DNA of 62,835 bases, filler included, from Rhabdomonas costata (lineage: Eukaryota): assembly GCA_019059605.1 (NCBI GenBank). It is 33 parts of 33 records of this genome, joined end to end, with 100 filler letters (N's around TTAATTAATTAA, not from the genome) between each part and the next. Parts side by side here need not be neighbours in the genome. Positions count along the whole stretch, not along the records: positions 61,028 to 62,835 come from JAHMHO010008780.1; 32 more parts are not named here. The stretch is one strand, 5' to 3'. A model generated the notes under the pieces. It did not search any database. It had not been told where the DNA came from and saw only the letters and a program-made list of their open reading frames with translations. A program made the translations under genes and the position numbers. Below, piece after piece: positions 62,641 to 62,835 of this stretch; position 1 is the stretch's first letter; every line of letters starts with the position of its first letter.

Positions 62641-62835
62641 GTCTGGCGCTGCTCTTTGTGGTGGGGCTTCAAAACTATCGCGATATGCCACCCTTGGGGC
62701 CGCTTATGTTCGTTCCTCTTCCGCTCCAGCAGGAACGTCCAGCGTTTGTTTTCGGGTATCCAAAATGCGAAAGGGCGTTATTTCTACTAACTTTATGTTA
62801 AGGCAGGCAGATCGCGATAGTTTTGAAACCCCCCC

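Noticed and set aside
1..62835. Uniform 1.8-kb units as nanochromosomes or minicircles, or gene order as an operon/cluster
   Set aside because: Genes are truncated mid-exon at unit ends and there is no fixed telomere repeat. Uniform length fits a length-sorted contig list, so adjacency is meaningless.

Overview
This window is not one locus. It is 33 unlinked contigs of about 1.8 kb each, joined by 32 artificial 100-nt linkers (44 N + TTAATTAATTAA + 44 N). The DNA is nuclear DNA of an intron-rich eukaryote, most plausibly a euglenid (Euglenozoa). That call rests on a POP-type organellar DNA polymerase, 5' splice sites with a pyrimidine at +4 (22 of 26 donors counted by hand), and divergent class III cyclases. 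Gene fragments reconstructed across introns: two class III nucleotide cyclase-like genes, a plant/green-alga-type STP/HUP hexose transporter, a membrane histidine kinase, a bacterial-type secreted GH99/71-like protein, thioredoxin, POP DNA polymerase, two paralogous coiled-coil repeat proteins, Piezo, AFG1 ATPase, an ankyrin protein, a fucosyltransferase-like protein, a PKD2-like channel, an FN3 protein and proteasome alpha-6. Most contigs have G/T-only 5' ends and C/A-only 3' ends, and four have terminal foldbacks. Both point to whole-genome amplification with K-primers. Recurrent 1-nt frameshifts in otherwise clean exons are most likely homopolymer errors. I found no rRNA, tRNA, SL RNA or CRISPR array. 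I cannot support a new multi-gene system here, because gene neighbourhood across linkers has no meaning. The best leads are single-gene or splicing-level.
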